From Planktothrix sp. GU0601_MAG3 (GTDB taxonomy: Bacteria; Cyanobacteriota; Cyanobacteriia; Cyanobacteriales; Microcoleaceae): DNA of 64,000 nucleotides. The notes below the pieces were generated by a model, which saw nothing but the letters and a program-made list of their open reading frames with translations, was not told where the DNA came from and ran no database searches. The stretch is from positions 512,001 to 576,000 of the forward strand of contig CP136572.1 of NCBI GenBank assembly GCA_035193785.1, read 5' to 3'. The first letter of the stretch is position 1, and each line of letters opens with the position of its first letter. Positions 1 through 16,062 of the stretch are shown here, piece by piece. The position numbers were made by a program, and so were the translations under genes.

Positions 1-1
1 T

Positions 2-175
2 TACCAACCCCATCGCCCGACTGAAGAAAACGAATATCAGCGACAACAAATTTCGGTCTTTGATCTCAACCATCAACCCTTGGGTCTAGTTTGGGCCTAT
101 CTGATGGAGATGACCAAAGTTCATTTCTATTCAGGGGTTTTAATTTCTGATGGGTGTTGGAAAAATCAATATTAG
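2..175 (+). CDS. C-terminal part of a probable gamma-glutamylcyclotransferase (AIG2-like) protein, truncated by the window edge
   Basis: Own translation: YQPHRPTEENEYQRQQISVFDLNHQPLGLVWAYLM...GCWKNQY*. The EY.R...V....G..W.Y pattern resembles cyanobacterial GGCT-like proteins. Confidence 0.55.
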   Translation, partial: YQPHRPTEENEYQRQQISVFDLNHQPLGLVWAYLMEMTKVHFYSGVLISDGCWKNQY

Positions 176-230
176 GCTTAAAATCAACCCCAAGGACATT
201 GTATTTCAGTTTCCCTGGGGTGATATTGTT

Positions 231-803
231 TTAATTAATAGGTCTTGAAACTGGAGCTTTAGGAATCGGAATAATCGGTTGATCCACGCTAATACTAACC
301 GCATTCGGAGTAATAATCGGGATCAGTGGTTCATTCAAGGCAATTTGTAAAGGTTCCGAATTGTTCAGGGTTTCAGACTGGGCAAAGAGCGGAAAACGGC
401 CGGAATTGCCTGAAATTGTGCCAGAAAAAGCCATGACCAATAAAGCAGCGATCGCAGTTCCTCCCCAGGTCGCCATCCTACGGGTTCTCCGATTTAACCG
501 TTGGAAAACGCGGGTGGTCAGTTGTTGCGCCGAGATACCAGAAGTAGGGACAGGAGCGTTTTGTAGGCGAGAACGCAGTTGTAGTAATTGTAGATAGGTG
601 GCTTTAATCTGGGGATCTGTATCCAGCCAAAGCTGAACCTGACGGCGTTCTGTCACCGTCGCCTCATTGTCCAGGTAAGCACTGAGCAATTGGATTACAG
701 GGTCAATACCCGAGTGTTCCTCAGATAGATGTTCCCCGATGGTTAAGTGAATTTGTGGTGCTGGCTCAAAATTATGCTTCATCGGAACACCCCCGTTGAC
801 CAA
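231..803 (-). CDS. Transmembrane anti-sigma factor (LLSAYLD.E.T..ERRQV N-terminal domain)
   Basis: Anti-sigma N-terminal motif and one TM helix; lies directly downstream of an ECF sigma factor. Confidence 0.8.
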   Translation of the reverse strand: MVNGGVPMKHNFEPAPQIHLTIGEHLSEEHSGIDPVIQLLSAYLDNEATVTERRQVQLWLDTDPQIKATYLQLLQLRSRLQNAPVPTSGISAQQLTTRVFQRLNRRTRRMATWGGTAIAALLVMAFSGTISGNSGRFPLFAQSETLNNSEPLQIALNEPLIPIITPNAVSISVDQPIIPIPKAPVSRPIN

Positions 804-895
804 ACATCAAATCAGACATGAGAAATTGGGGTTTAACCTATAGAACTATTATATCGGTATTGATCAGCAATTGCACCCCCTCCACTGGCAATTAT

Positions 896-1553
896 TTAGG
901 GATTGAGATACATTTGTAAGTCACTTTGTAAGCGTTGACGCGCTCTGGCGATTCTCGATTTCACGGTTTCCCAGGGAAACTCCGGTGATTTCGGCAATTT
1001 CTTCATAAGCTAATCCTTCAATTTCGCGTAAAACAATAGTAGTGCGGAACACTTCGGGTAAATCGGCGATCGCTTCATGAAGATGACCATAGAATTCACG
1101 GGTTGCCATATCTTCATCCGGGCCGGGGCCATCGGCGGCGATTTCCCAATCCATTTCCCCATCTTCTATATTGCGAGGGGCATCTAAAGACAGAGGGGGC
1201 TTGACCCGTTTGCGCTTACGGAGTTCATCGTAAAATAAATTAGTGGCAATTCGACTTAACCAGCCCCGAAATTTCACTGGCTCTTGTAGACGTTGAATAT
1301 TGCGATAGACCCGAATCCAGATTTCTTGAGCAAGGTCGGCTCGATCCTGCCAGTCTGGGGCGAGGTGGTAGAGAATCTTATCAACATGGGACTGATACCG
1401 ACGCAGCAGTTCTGTAAAGGCTGCTTTATCTGGACAGACTCCCTCTTGACACCGCAGGACTAAATCGGTATTGGGGAGTTGTTCAAGGGGAAGTTGCTCT
1501 AGGGGAACAGAGACTCCAGCCTTAGACCAGGAGATAGGGATAGATTGGCTCAT
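896..1553 (-). CDS. sigG: ECF sigma-70 factor SigG (RpoE type); +1 frameshift at 966-970
   Basis: Region 2 (DLAQEIWIRVY, WLSRIATNLFYDELR) and region 4 (LREIEGLAYEEIA). Removing one base at GTTTC 966-970 restores SLGTVKSRIARARQRLQSDLQMYLNP*. Confidence 0.88.
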
Positions 1554-1932
1554 GGGTGGAACTTGGTTGATGAAAGATTCCGTTAGTGGTTGACGCGACC
1601 CGGATTGAGAGTGTTCCTGGGTTCAAACTTGTTAGTTAGGATACCAGGGGTAGAGATAAGTTTTTGCACTTAACGGGTGTTTTTCCCTTATATTAGTGGA
1701 AGTTTTGCCCTTTGTCATGAAAAATTTCTCATCAAATCCGGGGTTTCGTTGTATGAAAGGATACGTTTGCTGGGATTGAGTTTCGGGAAAATTGGAAATC
1801 AGAAAAAGGGCGGGTTGATAAAATTTATCTGTGGGAGACAGAAGTTATTTGAGAATTCGCCCCTAGATGAATCTTGTCTCGTTAATCCTAGGGGATATTT
1901 AAACTTGGGTATTTTTCTAATTCTCATCTTTT

Positions 1933-3304
1933 TTATATGAGCAAATACTGCTTAATTAGAGGTGATAACCAGAAACTATCCTCGATTTTTTCTACTAAAC
2001 AACGCCGTTGTAAAGATTGTAAGACGTTAACTAATTCTAAGTTGAAATTCGGTTGTTTGTCTATTAATTTTGACAGTTTTAGGGGTTGAGTTTCCCTAGC
2101 CAGTATGGACAATATTTGTTTTTCTCTATCGGATAGGCGATCGCACTGTTGCCGTAAAATATCTTTAACATCTTCGGGTAATAAGATGGTATCATTTTGT
2201 AATAAATCAGTAACATTGACTCCTAATTCTTGAATCATAGTTGCCACACTTTTTAACCATAAAGGGTTGCCTTGGTAACGATGAATAAGTATTGAGTAGT
2301 CGATTTCTGATAACCCGTAATCTCTGAGTATTTCCCCGGCGGCTGCGATATCTAAACCATTGATTTGTAAGGTACGAATAGGATTATTTTGGCTTTCAAT
2401 TTGAGAGATTTCTCTGGGTTGTTCCCAACCGATTAAAAGAAAGCAACTTTGATGGGATAATTTTTCTATCTGTTTAAAAAAATGGCGATATTCTTCATAT
2501 TCTGGTTTATACTTTCCTGCCAATTCGCCACTACTGAAAAGATTGTGAACATCATCTAATATGATTAAACAGCGATGCTTTTGTAAATATTTAATTAGGG
2601 ATAAGGGTTTCGGTTTAGTTGTAGGGGAGTCTAGTTTTTCTGACTGGGAGAAAAGCTGAATTAGTTCCTGTTGAAATTCGTCTAGGGTGTGGGATACGTT
2701 TATAGTGCGCCAAATTATATAATCAAATTGATTTTTTATTTGTTGTACGAGTTGTACTGCTAGGGATGTTTTCCCAATACCGCTAATACCCGTAATAGCA
2801 ATCAGGCGACATTGTTCTTGTAAAATCCAGGTGGTCAGGGTTTCTAGTTTCAGGAGTGCGATCGTAAAAAGCACCCAAATCAGGCATCTCGCTTAAATCT
2901 TGATGCGATATTTCAGGTTGTTTTGTGTTAGATGTTTCTTGATTTGGTGGGGGTGAGTTGGGTGTGTTTGGTGGGTGTCTTCCTTCTCCACAAATGTTGA
3001 AAGTACCGCTCACTACAACGTCTTGTCCAAAGTTTACAACACTAGCGTTTTGTAACCTCTCTATTGCCGATCTAAAATTCTTTTTATTGATATTTTCCCC
3101 TAATTCTTCTGAAAGTAATTGCCATAATTGTGAACCAACTTGCCTAACATAATTTTCGTTACAGTGAATCTCCTCGGCAATTTTGATATATTTATCACCT
3201 TGTATGGTTCCTCGCAGAATTGACTCTTGTAAGTTATCGAGGTGCTTCCCCGTCTTGGCAAACACCATCTCGTCAGCCATTTTTAACACTTCCTTAAGAT
3301 TCAT
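1933..3304 (-). CDS. N-terminal wHTH + NB-ARC/STAND ATPase with no C-terminal repeat sensor; +1 frameshift at 2847-2851
   Basis: HLDNLQESILRG..Y..IAEE HTH-like N-terminus, Walker A GISGIGKT, Walker B LIILDD, GNPL motif. The two ORFs join as FYDRTPELETL. Confidence 0.8.
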
Positions 3305-3331
3305 ACAGTATCGTGGATGCCGTGATTTTCC

Positions 3332-3432
3332 GTATTATACCTAACATTTTCTAACATAGTCGAGCATTTTCTAACATTTTTTGCACAAGGCGATTTGGAG
3401 TAGCTAACAAAATTGCTAACAAAATTGAGCAT
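3332..3432. promoter_or_regulatory. Phased direct repeats (CTAACA) in a divergent promoter, with a TATAAT -10 box on the minus strand
   Basis: CTAACA at 3341, 3351 and 3371, degenerate CGAGCA at 3361, further copies at 3404 and 3416. GTATTATAC at 3332-3340 reads TATAAT on the minus strand. Confidence 0.55.
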
Positions 3433-3509
3433 TATGGGGGTGTAATAAGCTATTGTTTTTTAATCTAAGTATGGAATAATTATTTAACAATAAATTTTTA
3501 GGATCAAGT

Positions 3510-5545
3510 ATGGAACCTATTCTCAAGGCACAGTTCAATAACTTTAAAAAGAAATTTGAAATAGATACTATCGATACATCTCCTGAAAAAGAACAGTTGA
3601 AAGACGCTTCTGCATTTGAAAAATTTGTGAATTACGTCTTGTTTAGTCGAGACTATCCTGGAATTTTTACAGGAGATACAGAATTACTAGATTTCATCTG
3701 TGTTGGTGGAAGTAACGATACAGGTATAGATGGAATAGGAATCAAAGTTAACGATAGATTAGTCAGAAACATTGATGAAGTAACTGAGATAGCCCAAGGA
3801 AATAAAAAGATAAATGTTGAGTTTGTCTTCATTCAGTCAAAAATGCGACCTAAATTTGACAAAACAGAGTTGAATACATTTGGGACAGGGGTAAAAGTAT
3901 TTTTTTCAGATCGTTATCTACCTGAGAATACCCGAATTAGGGAATTTCGCGAGATCAAGGATTTCATCTATTCAGATGAGAAAGTAATCTCAAAATTGGA
4001 GAAAAACCCAAGCCTTGTTCTTTATTACGTCGGCACTGGAGCAGAAACCAACAGACGAAAACTTCTTAGGTAATCAAAATTTGCTTACAAAAGAACTTAC
4101 AAAGGTAGGATACTTTGAAAGAGTTGAGGTACAAGTTGTTGATGGAAAGAAGTTAATAAAATTCTGTCGAGAGTTGGAAAACAAGTTTGAAGTTCAAATG
4201 AACATCATCGACATTTTTCCATTGATTGTAGATAACCAAACTGATGTTAAAAAAGCATATGCGTTTACCTGTAATGCTTTAGAATTTTTGAAAATTCTAA
4301 AAAAAGAAGATGGTTCATTGCGTCGATCTCTATTTAATGACAATGTTCGTGACTACTTAGGAGACAATAAAACTGTCAATAGTGAAATCGAAAATACAAT
4401 AACAGAAAGTCCTGAAATGTTTCTGCTTTGCAACAATGGAATTACGATAGTATGCACTGATTTTGAACAGGTTAAGGATAAGTTAGTAAAAATTGAAAAT
4501 CCTCAAATTGTCAACGGTTGTCAAACCAGTAACTCTCTGTTTAACCAAAGAGACAGCTTAAATACTCAAAGGGTCAAACTTCTTGTCAGACTTATATCTA
4601 CAGAAAGTCCTGGTATATCAAACAAAATTGTCAGAGGAACTAACAAACAAAATCAGGTTCTGGAAGAAGCTTTTGAGACAACTCGCTCTTTTCATCAGGA
4701 CACCTTAGAACCTTTCTTTCTTTCGTTTGAAAATGATGTAAAAATCTATTATGAAAGACGTTCTAAACAATATAATGCCGATCCATCTATTAAAAAAAAT
4801 CAAATTGTAAATTTGAAAATACTGACCCAAACATTTGTTAGTATTTTTCTTGAGGCTCCTCATGATGGACACAGACACGAATCCACACTTCTCGGAAAAT
4901 ATGCGGGACAAAAAGAGCCAAGGAAAATTTTTGTAGAAGATCATAATCCCTATCCTTATTATATTTGCGCTCTGATTTGGTATATGTTTGAAAAACATAA
5001 AGAGAAAATTGACAAGTATAAAACGTACAAATCTCATCTTTATTTAATATTTAAGATTAGTGTAGGAGAATTCTCACCAAAACTCACAGATTCAAAAAAG
5101 ATGAATGGGTATTGTGATAAGATTCTTCAGATTTTGAAAGAAGACCAATTTGCAGAAAGATTAAAACAAGTATTGAGTATTTTTGATGCCACAGAAAATT
5201 TATGGGTCAGAGACGGAAAAAGTCCTTACGGCATTAAGGATAACAAGGACTTCACTGACTTGCTACTCAAGCAGACTCGTGAATATTTTATTCAAGGTCA
5301 AGTTTTAGCAGATGAGGTAGATGACAAAGTAATTCATCAAGGAAACTGTTCTCAGAATTATATGTAAACAAGACTATTGGTTTGGTTTCATCAAACTGGG
5401 AAATCAGTATGAAGACAATGCGTACTTTGATAGTCGTGATTATCAAGGAGATATAAAAGATTTATCTCCCAATACTCCAGTTCAGTTTGAGATAGGAAAG
5501 AACGATAAAGGTTATTTTGCTATCAATGTTCAACTAATTAATTGA
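3510..5545 (+). CDS. AIPR (abortive infection phage resistance) family protein with a C-terminal cold-shock/OB domain; frameshifts at 4044 and 5342
   Basis: D.GIDG and FIQSK N-terminal motifs; AIPR core NVRDYLG, NNGITIV, IVNGCQT, TNKQN. The repaired C-terminus reads GTV...WFGFIK...NAYFD....PVQFEIGKNDKGYFAINV. Confidence 0.82.
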
Positions 5546-5622
5546 TTCAATAGCAAACAGACCTTGCATAAATAGCGATCGCCCCTCCAAAAGAAAGCGC
5601 GATCGCAAATGCGTTGAAGATT

Positions 5623-5657
5623 AAAAACCCGATTTCGTGAAAGTTATCGGGTTTTTA
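5623..5657. terminator. Probable bidirectional intrinsic terminator between convergent AIPR and gyrB
   Basis: AAAAACCCGAT...ATCGGGTTTTT inverted repeat with A/T tails. Confidence 0.55.
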
Positions 5658-5681
5658 GGGCATACCTCAATCGCAAACCCC

Positions 5682-10037
<4,356 letters not shown>

Positions 10038-10181
10038 TTATGGCGTTCTTACAGTAAAATGATAAAACTTTCAAAAATTTTAGCACAAATAGGTTAGAGA
10101 GGATCGTAGGGCATTCTCAAATCAAATTTGGACAGGGTTGATATATTCGGTTATTCGTGATGGGCACAGGGAGAAGGAAAG

Positions 10182-11093
10182 TTGACTATTTGTACAATAC
10201 CACAGTCACCCCGGTTAATTGTCATTTCTGGCGCGACGGCTACGGGGAAATCGGGTTTGGCAATCCAGTTAGCGGAACGTTTGGGGTCGGTGGTTTTGAG
10301 TGCGGACTCCCGTTTGGTCTATCGAGGGTTTGATATTGGGACGGCGAAACCAACGATAGAAGAACGTCGGGGGATTCCCCATTATTTGATTGATATTTGT
10401 GAACCAACGGAGACTTTAACCGTAGCAGATTATCAGGATCAAGCGCAGGAATTGATTGCCAATGCCTCTGTTTCTGCTCCTATATTATTAGTTGGTGGCA
10501 CTGGACTATATATTAAGTCAATTGTGCGGGGGATGAAAATTCCCAGAGTTGCTCCTGAGTTAGAATTGCGATCGCAACTGGAAGGTTTAGGTCAAGTGCA
10601 ATGTTATCAAATTCTACAACAAATTGATCCGATGGCGGCGCAGAAAATTCATGGAAATGATCGAGTTAGAACTTTAAGAGCTTTAGAGGTTTATTATATT
10701 ACCGGTCGTCCCATTTCTGAACAACAAGGAGAAAATCCCCCGGAATATCCAATTTTACAAATCGGTTTAAATTGTGAACCAGAAGTATTAATTCATCGGA
10801 TTCAAAAACGAACTGAAGACATGATCGAACGGGGATTTGTGCAGGAAGTAGAAAATTTATGTCAGAAATATGGGACTGATTTATCGTTATTAGGAACTTT
10901 GGGATATCAGGAAATTAAACAATATTTAGCCGGGGATATTTCTTTAGAAACAGCCAAGGAATTAATAGTATTACATACCCGACAATTTGCCAAACGACAA
11001 CGAACTTGGTTTCGGGCAATTCCTGAAATTCAATGGTTTGATGCCGATAGTTATAATTTGTTAGATCAGGTTTGGCAAGCTATTCTTTTCTGA
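10182..11093 (+). CDS. miaA: tRNA dimethylallyltransferase
   Basis: GATATGKS, SADSR.VYRGFDIGTAKP, VGGTGLY, TRQFAKRQRTWF. Confidence 0.96.
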   Translation: MTICTIPQSPRLIVISGATATGKSGLAIQLAERLGSVVLSADSRLVYRGFDIGTAKPTIEERRGIPHYLIDICEPTETLTVADYQDQAQELIANASVSAPILLVGGTGLYIKSIVRGMKIPRVAPELELRSQLEGLGQVQCYQILQQIDPMAAQKIHGNDRVRTLRALEVYYITGRPISEQQGENPPEYPILQIGLNCEPEVLIHRIQKRTEDMIERGFVQEVENLCQKYGTDLSLLGTLGYQEIKQYLAGDISLETAKELIVLHTRQFAKRQRTWFRAIPEIQWFDADSYNLLDQVWQAILF

Positions 11094-11361
11094 CTTTGCT
11101 GAGATTGCTGAAAGTCTTAGAATTGAACGATATGATGATATCGATATAACAATTTAGAATAACACAAATAATGACAATTTGGATAAAAGACTTAAAAACG
11201 ATTTGCGAATCGCTGCAATTGCTCTTTCTGTCAATGGGGTTATGGTAACTGCTAATAAGCGAGATTTTTCCTTAATCCCTGATTTAGTTATTGAAAATTG
11301 GACAGATCCCTCAATTCTATTAATAAAAGGAATTTTAGAAGAAAGAGAGTTCAGGTTTTAA
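11094..11361 (+). pseudogene. Remnant (C-terminal half) of a PIN/VapC toxin
   Basis: NDLRIAAIAL..NGVMVTANKRDFSLIPDLVIENW is a VapC C-terminus; no N-terminal LDTN motif is present. Confidence 0.65.
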
Positions 11362-11366
11362 TCTAT

Positions 11367-11469
11367 CAGGACTTACGCAGAAACCGGGTTTCTGAATGAG
11401 AAATCACCGATTTAATCCGCAAAATCAGGGCCAGAAACCCGGTTTCTTTGGTCTTGTGCGTAAGTCCTA
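11367..11469. mobile_element. 103-bp MITE with CAGGACTTACGCA / TGCGTAAGTCCTA terminal inverted repeats and 5-bp target duplication TCTAT
   Basis: TIRs seen directly; TCTAT at 11362-11366 and 11470-11474; internal AGAAACCGGGTTTCT / AGAAACCCGGTTTCT palindromes. Confidence 0.8.
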
Positions 11470-11513
11470 TCTATAGGAGAATAAGGTGGGTAAGACCTAC
11501 CCTTAGATTAACA

Positions 11514-12996
11514 TTAACTACTGGGAATATTCACATCAATTGTGGTGACTTTTGATTGATCATCTAAACTACTTAAAGCCGGATCAATCAACGCTTTATT
11601 TCCGACAACTAAAATCACTAACTTGTTAAAATTAAGATATTGTTGAGCGACTCGTTGAACATCTTCGATGGTGGTTGCTTGGACTTGACGTTGATAATCA
11701 AAGATAAAATCCTTGGGATAGCCATAATATTCGTACTGCATTAAACGGGATAAAGTTTGGGCTGGATCTTCAAACTTGAAAATAAAGGAATTCAAGGTAG
11801 ATTCCTTTGCATAGGTTAATTCTTCCGACTTAATAGGCTCTTTTTTTAACCGTTCAATTTCAGTTTTTACACCCTGAATTAATGCAACAGTTGATTCAGA
11901 AACGGGTTTGTCCTCCAGCATTAAAAACCCCAGGATAATCATAACTTGCACCCCAATAGCCATAAACAGAATAGGCTAACCCTTGGCGCGATCGCAGATT
12001 ATTAAATAACCGTCCACCGAACCCATTTAATACCCCATTCATAACCGCCAATTTAGGATAATCGGGATCACTTAATAACCCGCCTAAATGACCAATTTCC
12101 ACATAACTTTGATTGAGTTGCGGTTGATCAACAAAGAAAACACCGCCCAAATGGGCTTGAGAAACATCAGGAAGGGGAGGAATAATAGCCTTTTGACTTG
12201 GGTTCCAAGTTCCTAATTTTTCATCAATTAACGCCTTCATTTTTGCTCGATCAAAATCCCCTACAATTCCCAAAATCATAGTTTCAGGATGAAAATATTT
12301 TTCATAAAAATCAACTAAACTCTCACGATTAATATTATTCAAGGTGGCATATTCTGCGATGCGGGCGTAGGGACTATCTGCACCATAAATCAGTTTAACA
12401 AATTCCCGTGAAGCAATGTCTCCGGGGTTATCATTCCGACGCGCAATTCCGCCTTTAGCTTGGGTTTTTGCTAAGTCTAATTGATCCTGCGGAAACAGGG
12501 GATTGCGAATAAGATCCGTAAACAATCCAAACACTAAGTCTAAATCTTCTGTTAATCCTGAAAATCCAACACTACCAGAAGTTGTAGAAATCCCGGCTTC
12601 AACGGAGGCGGCTTTTTGTTCTAATAATTGATTCAATTGATCGCCAGGATGTTGACGGGTTCCCCCATTCCGCATCACCTGGGCGGTAATACTTGCTAAA
12701 CCCACTTGATCCGCCGGTTCAAATCGATCTCCGGTGCGAAATAACGCACTTCCTCCAACTAAGGGAAGTTCATGATCTTCGACTAAATAAACCGTGATTC
12801 CATTCTTTAATTGATAGCGTTCATAATCAGGAAGTTTAAGGGTTGGTAAGGGTGGAAAAGTCAAATCGGTGTAATGTTTGGGCGTGGAAGCAATTGCTGG
12901 AATATGGCTAAACGCGGTAAAAAAGAAGGTCGTTAGCAGTAATCCAGCCCAAAAAAGTGTGGATTTTTTCAAGTTTAGGGTTTTCAAAGTCAACAT
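11514..12996 (-). CDS. M16 (insulinase-family) peptidase, non-catalytic subunit; frameshift at 11899
   Basis: LKNGITVYLVEDHELPLV, GGRLFNNLRSRQGLAYSV; no HxxEH. Joins as GGQTRSESTV. Confidence 0.88.
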
Positions 12997-13057
12997 AGTG
13001 AATGGAAAGGTTAATCAGAATAGAATGAGTCAGGATAAAATTAGGTGAATTTAAAGT

Positions 13058-14639
13058 TTATTCCTCGGATAATAAACGGCCAATGGTGCGTTTTTGCGGA
13101 AGAAATACTTCTTGAGCCACCCGTTGAATATCTTGGGGAGTAATGGCATCAATTTTTTCTAATTCCTCAAATAAGTTGATCCAAGATCCGGTTTTTACTT
13201 CATATCCTACTAAAGCAAATGCCATTCCCATATTAGAATCTAAGGATCTTAATAAATTGGCTTTAGCTTGAGTTTTAATCCGTTCTAATTCGGTTTCAGA
13301 AACTAATTCGGTCTTGAGTCGTTCAATTTCTTTGCGTAGGGATACCGCCACTTCATCCACTGTATGACCGGGTGCTGGTCTGGCATAAAATAACATTAAA
13401 TTGGTGTATTTATTGCCTGGATATCCACTGGAAACCTTGGGCGGTTAAAGCAATTTGTTGTTCTTCCACCAAGGACTTATACAAACGAGAAGTTCGACCG
13501 TCACTCAGAAGACTAGAAATCATATCATAGATCACAGAATCAGGATGATTAGCCGCCGGACTGGGGTATCCTTCAAAATACCAAGGTTGAGTTTTTAAGG
13601 TTAAAGTCACTTCCCGGGTTTCGGTTTGAGGTGGCTCAATAATATTCAATTCGGGGGGTTTCGGTCTGGCGGGATAACGACCAAAATAAATTTCTGCTAA
13701 ACGTTTGACTTCCGTGGGGTTAACATCCCCAACAATTGCTACGGTTAAATTATTAGGAACATAGTAGGTTTCAAAGAAATTTTTAACATTTTCACGAGTT
13801 AAATTTTCTAAGTCTTGTACATAGCCAATCACCGGACGACGGTAGGGATGAGCTTTGAAGGCTGTGGCGGAAAATGCTTCGATCATTTGACCGACGGGAG
13901 AATTTTCTGTCCGCAAGCGACGCTCTTCTAAAATGACTTGTTTCTCCTTATAAAATTCTCGAAATACGGGTTCTAAAAATCGCTCGGATTCTAGGGACAT
14001 CCACAGTTCTAATTTGTTAGCAGGAAGGCTATAAAAATAAGAGGTAGCATCGGCGGAGGTTGTGGCATTCAGTCCCACACCTCCAGCTTGTTCTACAATT
14101 CTACCAAACTCATTTTGCTTAATATATTGATTAGCCTCGCGACTTACTGTTTCTAAATCAATAATTAATTGTTTTAGTTTTTCCTGATTTCCTTCGGCTT
14201 TAGCTTGTTGAATTTGTGCAAAAATCTGATCTTGCTTTTCTAAAAGAGGTTGTTCAGCTTGATAATTGGTTGTGCCAATTTGTTGGGTTCCTTTAAAGGC
14301 TAAATGTTCCAAATAATGGGCGACTCCCGTTTGTCCGTCGGGTTCATTGGCTCCCCCCACATCGGCATAAATCAAGAAAGAAATCACCGGTGCTCGATGT
14401 CGTTCTAAGACAATAAATCTCATACCATTATCGAGGGTAAATTCTGTAATTTCTCGCTGTACTCGTTTTAAATACGGTTGAATTGAAGAATTTGAAGGGG
14501 CAATTTCATCCGCCCAAACGGCTTGAAATCCCATTACCCAAAATAAACACAGACTTAACAGTCCAACGGACAAACGTTTCCCCAGTAAGGATAGTTTGTA
14601 AGTTCTTTGTTTCCCTCGGAAAAAATAATCCCAAAACAT
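13058..14639 (-). CDS. M16 zinc peptidase, catalytic subunit; frameshift at about 13431
   Basis: GVAHYLEHLAFKG (HxxEH), LNATTSAD, SRLYKSLV. Confidence 0.9.
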
Positions 14640-14824
14640 AGGTTTTTAGCAGTATAACTTGACAAAAATGCGAGAAGCAACCAAGCTCTAATCCATCTTA
14701 AAATATCACAAAATCAGAATTTTAACCGCAAAAAATATCAAAGCATTAAGAGTTATATCGTTTCTGATCGGTCTTTCCCGACGAATGATAGGGTCAAATT
14801 AGAGCCACATAAGATAAAAAGGTT

Positions 14825-15433
14825 ATGTCGCATCTCCATTTCTCCACAGCATCGGAATTGGAAAACCAGATTCTCAGGGCTGCTCGGGGGTTATTTGCCC
14901 AGAAAGGCTATGACAGTACCACCACTCGCGATTTAGCGACGGCCGCCGGGGTCGCCGAAGCTACTTTGTTTCGACATTTTGCTAATAAAAAGGCGATTTT
15001 GATTGCCATTGTGATTGAGGGATGGGTGGAAATTTTGACGGATTTGCTCACAGAATTGAGTGAGATGAGTAACTATAAATCCTTGGCACAATTGTTATAT
15101 AGACGTCTAATTAATCTACAGAAAAATTCAGATATCATGCGAATTTGTTTTTTAGAAGCTCAGTTTCATCCAGAATTACGCGATCGCATTCAATCAGAAA
15201 TTATCAATAAAATGATCGATGTAACCGAGGCTTTTTTTGAAACGGCAATCCAAAAAGGAGTTTATCGTCCGATGAATCCTAAAATTGTTGCCCAGGTATT
15301 TTTGGGAATGTTTGCGATCGCCGGATTTAGTTATCATACCCTGCTTGAACCGAATGCGTCCCCCCAGGCAACCCAAGAAATGGCGGAAGGATTAGCCGAT
15401 ATTTTCTTGAATGGAGTGTTAGTAAAAGAATAA
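14825..15433 (+). CDS. TetR/AcrR family transcriptional regulator
   Basis: AARGLFAQKGYDSTTTRDLATAAGVAEATLFRHFANK. Confidence 0.92.
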   Translation: MSHLHFSTASELENQILRAARGLFAQKGYDSTTTRDLATAAGVAEATLFRHFANKKAILIAIVIEGWVEILTDLLTELSEMSNYKSLAQLLYRRLINLQKNSDIMRICFLEAQFHPELRDRIQSEIINKMIDVTEAFFETAIQKGVYRPMNPKIVAQVFLGMFAIAGFSYHTLLEPNASPQATQEMAEGLADIFLNGVLVKE

Positions 15434-15440
15434 AAAAATG

Positions 15441-15875
15441 CTATAAAAATCTAGCCTGTTGCACCCATTGTTGAATTTGATCAACGGAGGGACATAGATC
15501 ACGGCGCTGTAAATTGGCGACATAAAAACGCAGGATTTGTTGATGCAAACGATGAATTGGTAACTGGGTTAAATGGTTGACGGAGCTCACCCCCGCATGA
15601 AGCAAAAGTCCGCAATATTGACAACCAACACTAGGAATTCTAGCTAAGTCCGCCATGGCTATCCATTTGTTAATATCTCTAATATTAATCTGGAGCAAAT
15701 TGGCTAAAATCATTTTTTCGGCTGGAGTTTTGCCTTTTTTTAACAGTTGACTGGTGGTTTTAATGCCATAATTGTTTAATTGGGTTTGATTGTCCGAATT
15801 CAAGCCAGGCAGTTGAGAAATCGGCCAATCAACCCCTTGAATAGAGTTATGGGAGTTGGGTTTAAAAGATGTCAT
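15441..15875 (-). CDS. DUF4332-like HhH protein
   Basis: W.ISQLPGL...ADLARIPSVGCQYCGLLLHAG motif typical of this cyanobacterial family. Confidence 0.7.
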   Translation of the reverse strand: MTSFKPNSHNSIQGVDWPISQLPGLNSDNQTQLNNYGIKTTSQLLKKGKTPAEKMILANLLQINIRDINKWIAMADLARIPSVGCQYCGLLLHAGVSSVNHLTQLPIHRLHQQILRFYVANLQRRDLCPSVDQIQQWVQQARFL

Positions 15876-16062
15876 CGTCTTGATCTTGTTGGTTTCCGGT
15901 TGAGGTGGTCTAATCCTCCTCAATTTGTGCTGTTTGATTCTAACCTATTTTTTTCTAAAATTCAGGGTAGGCTATTAAGGATTTCAACCCTATATTTTAG
16001 AGAAACGATGATACTAGCACTACCATCGCTTAAATTAAAATCACCCAAATTTCAATTTAATC

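Noticed and set aside
1677..1940. 87-aa ORF upstream of sigG, and ORFs at 29566-29890
   Set aside because: No recognisable motifs and weak starts; these lie in probable promoter regions.
3143..3152. CTAACAT inside the HTH-coding sequence matching the upstream repeat
   Set aside because: The second paralogue shows no such match, and a 7-mer match is plausible by chance.
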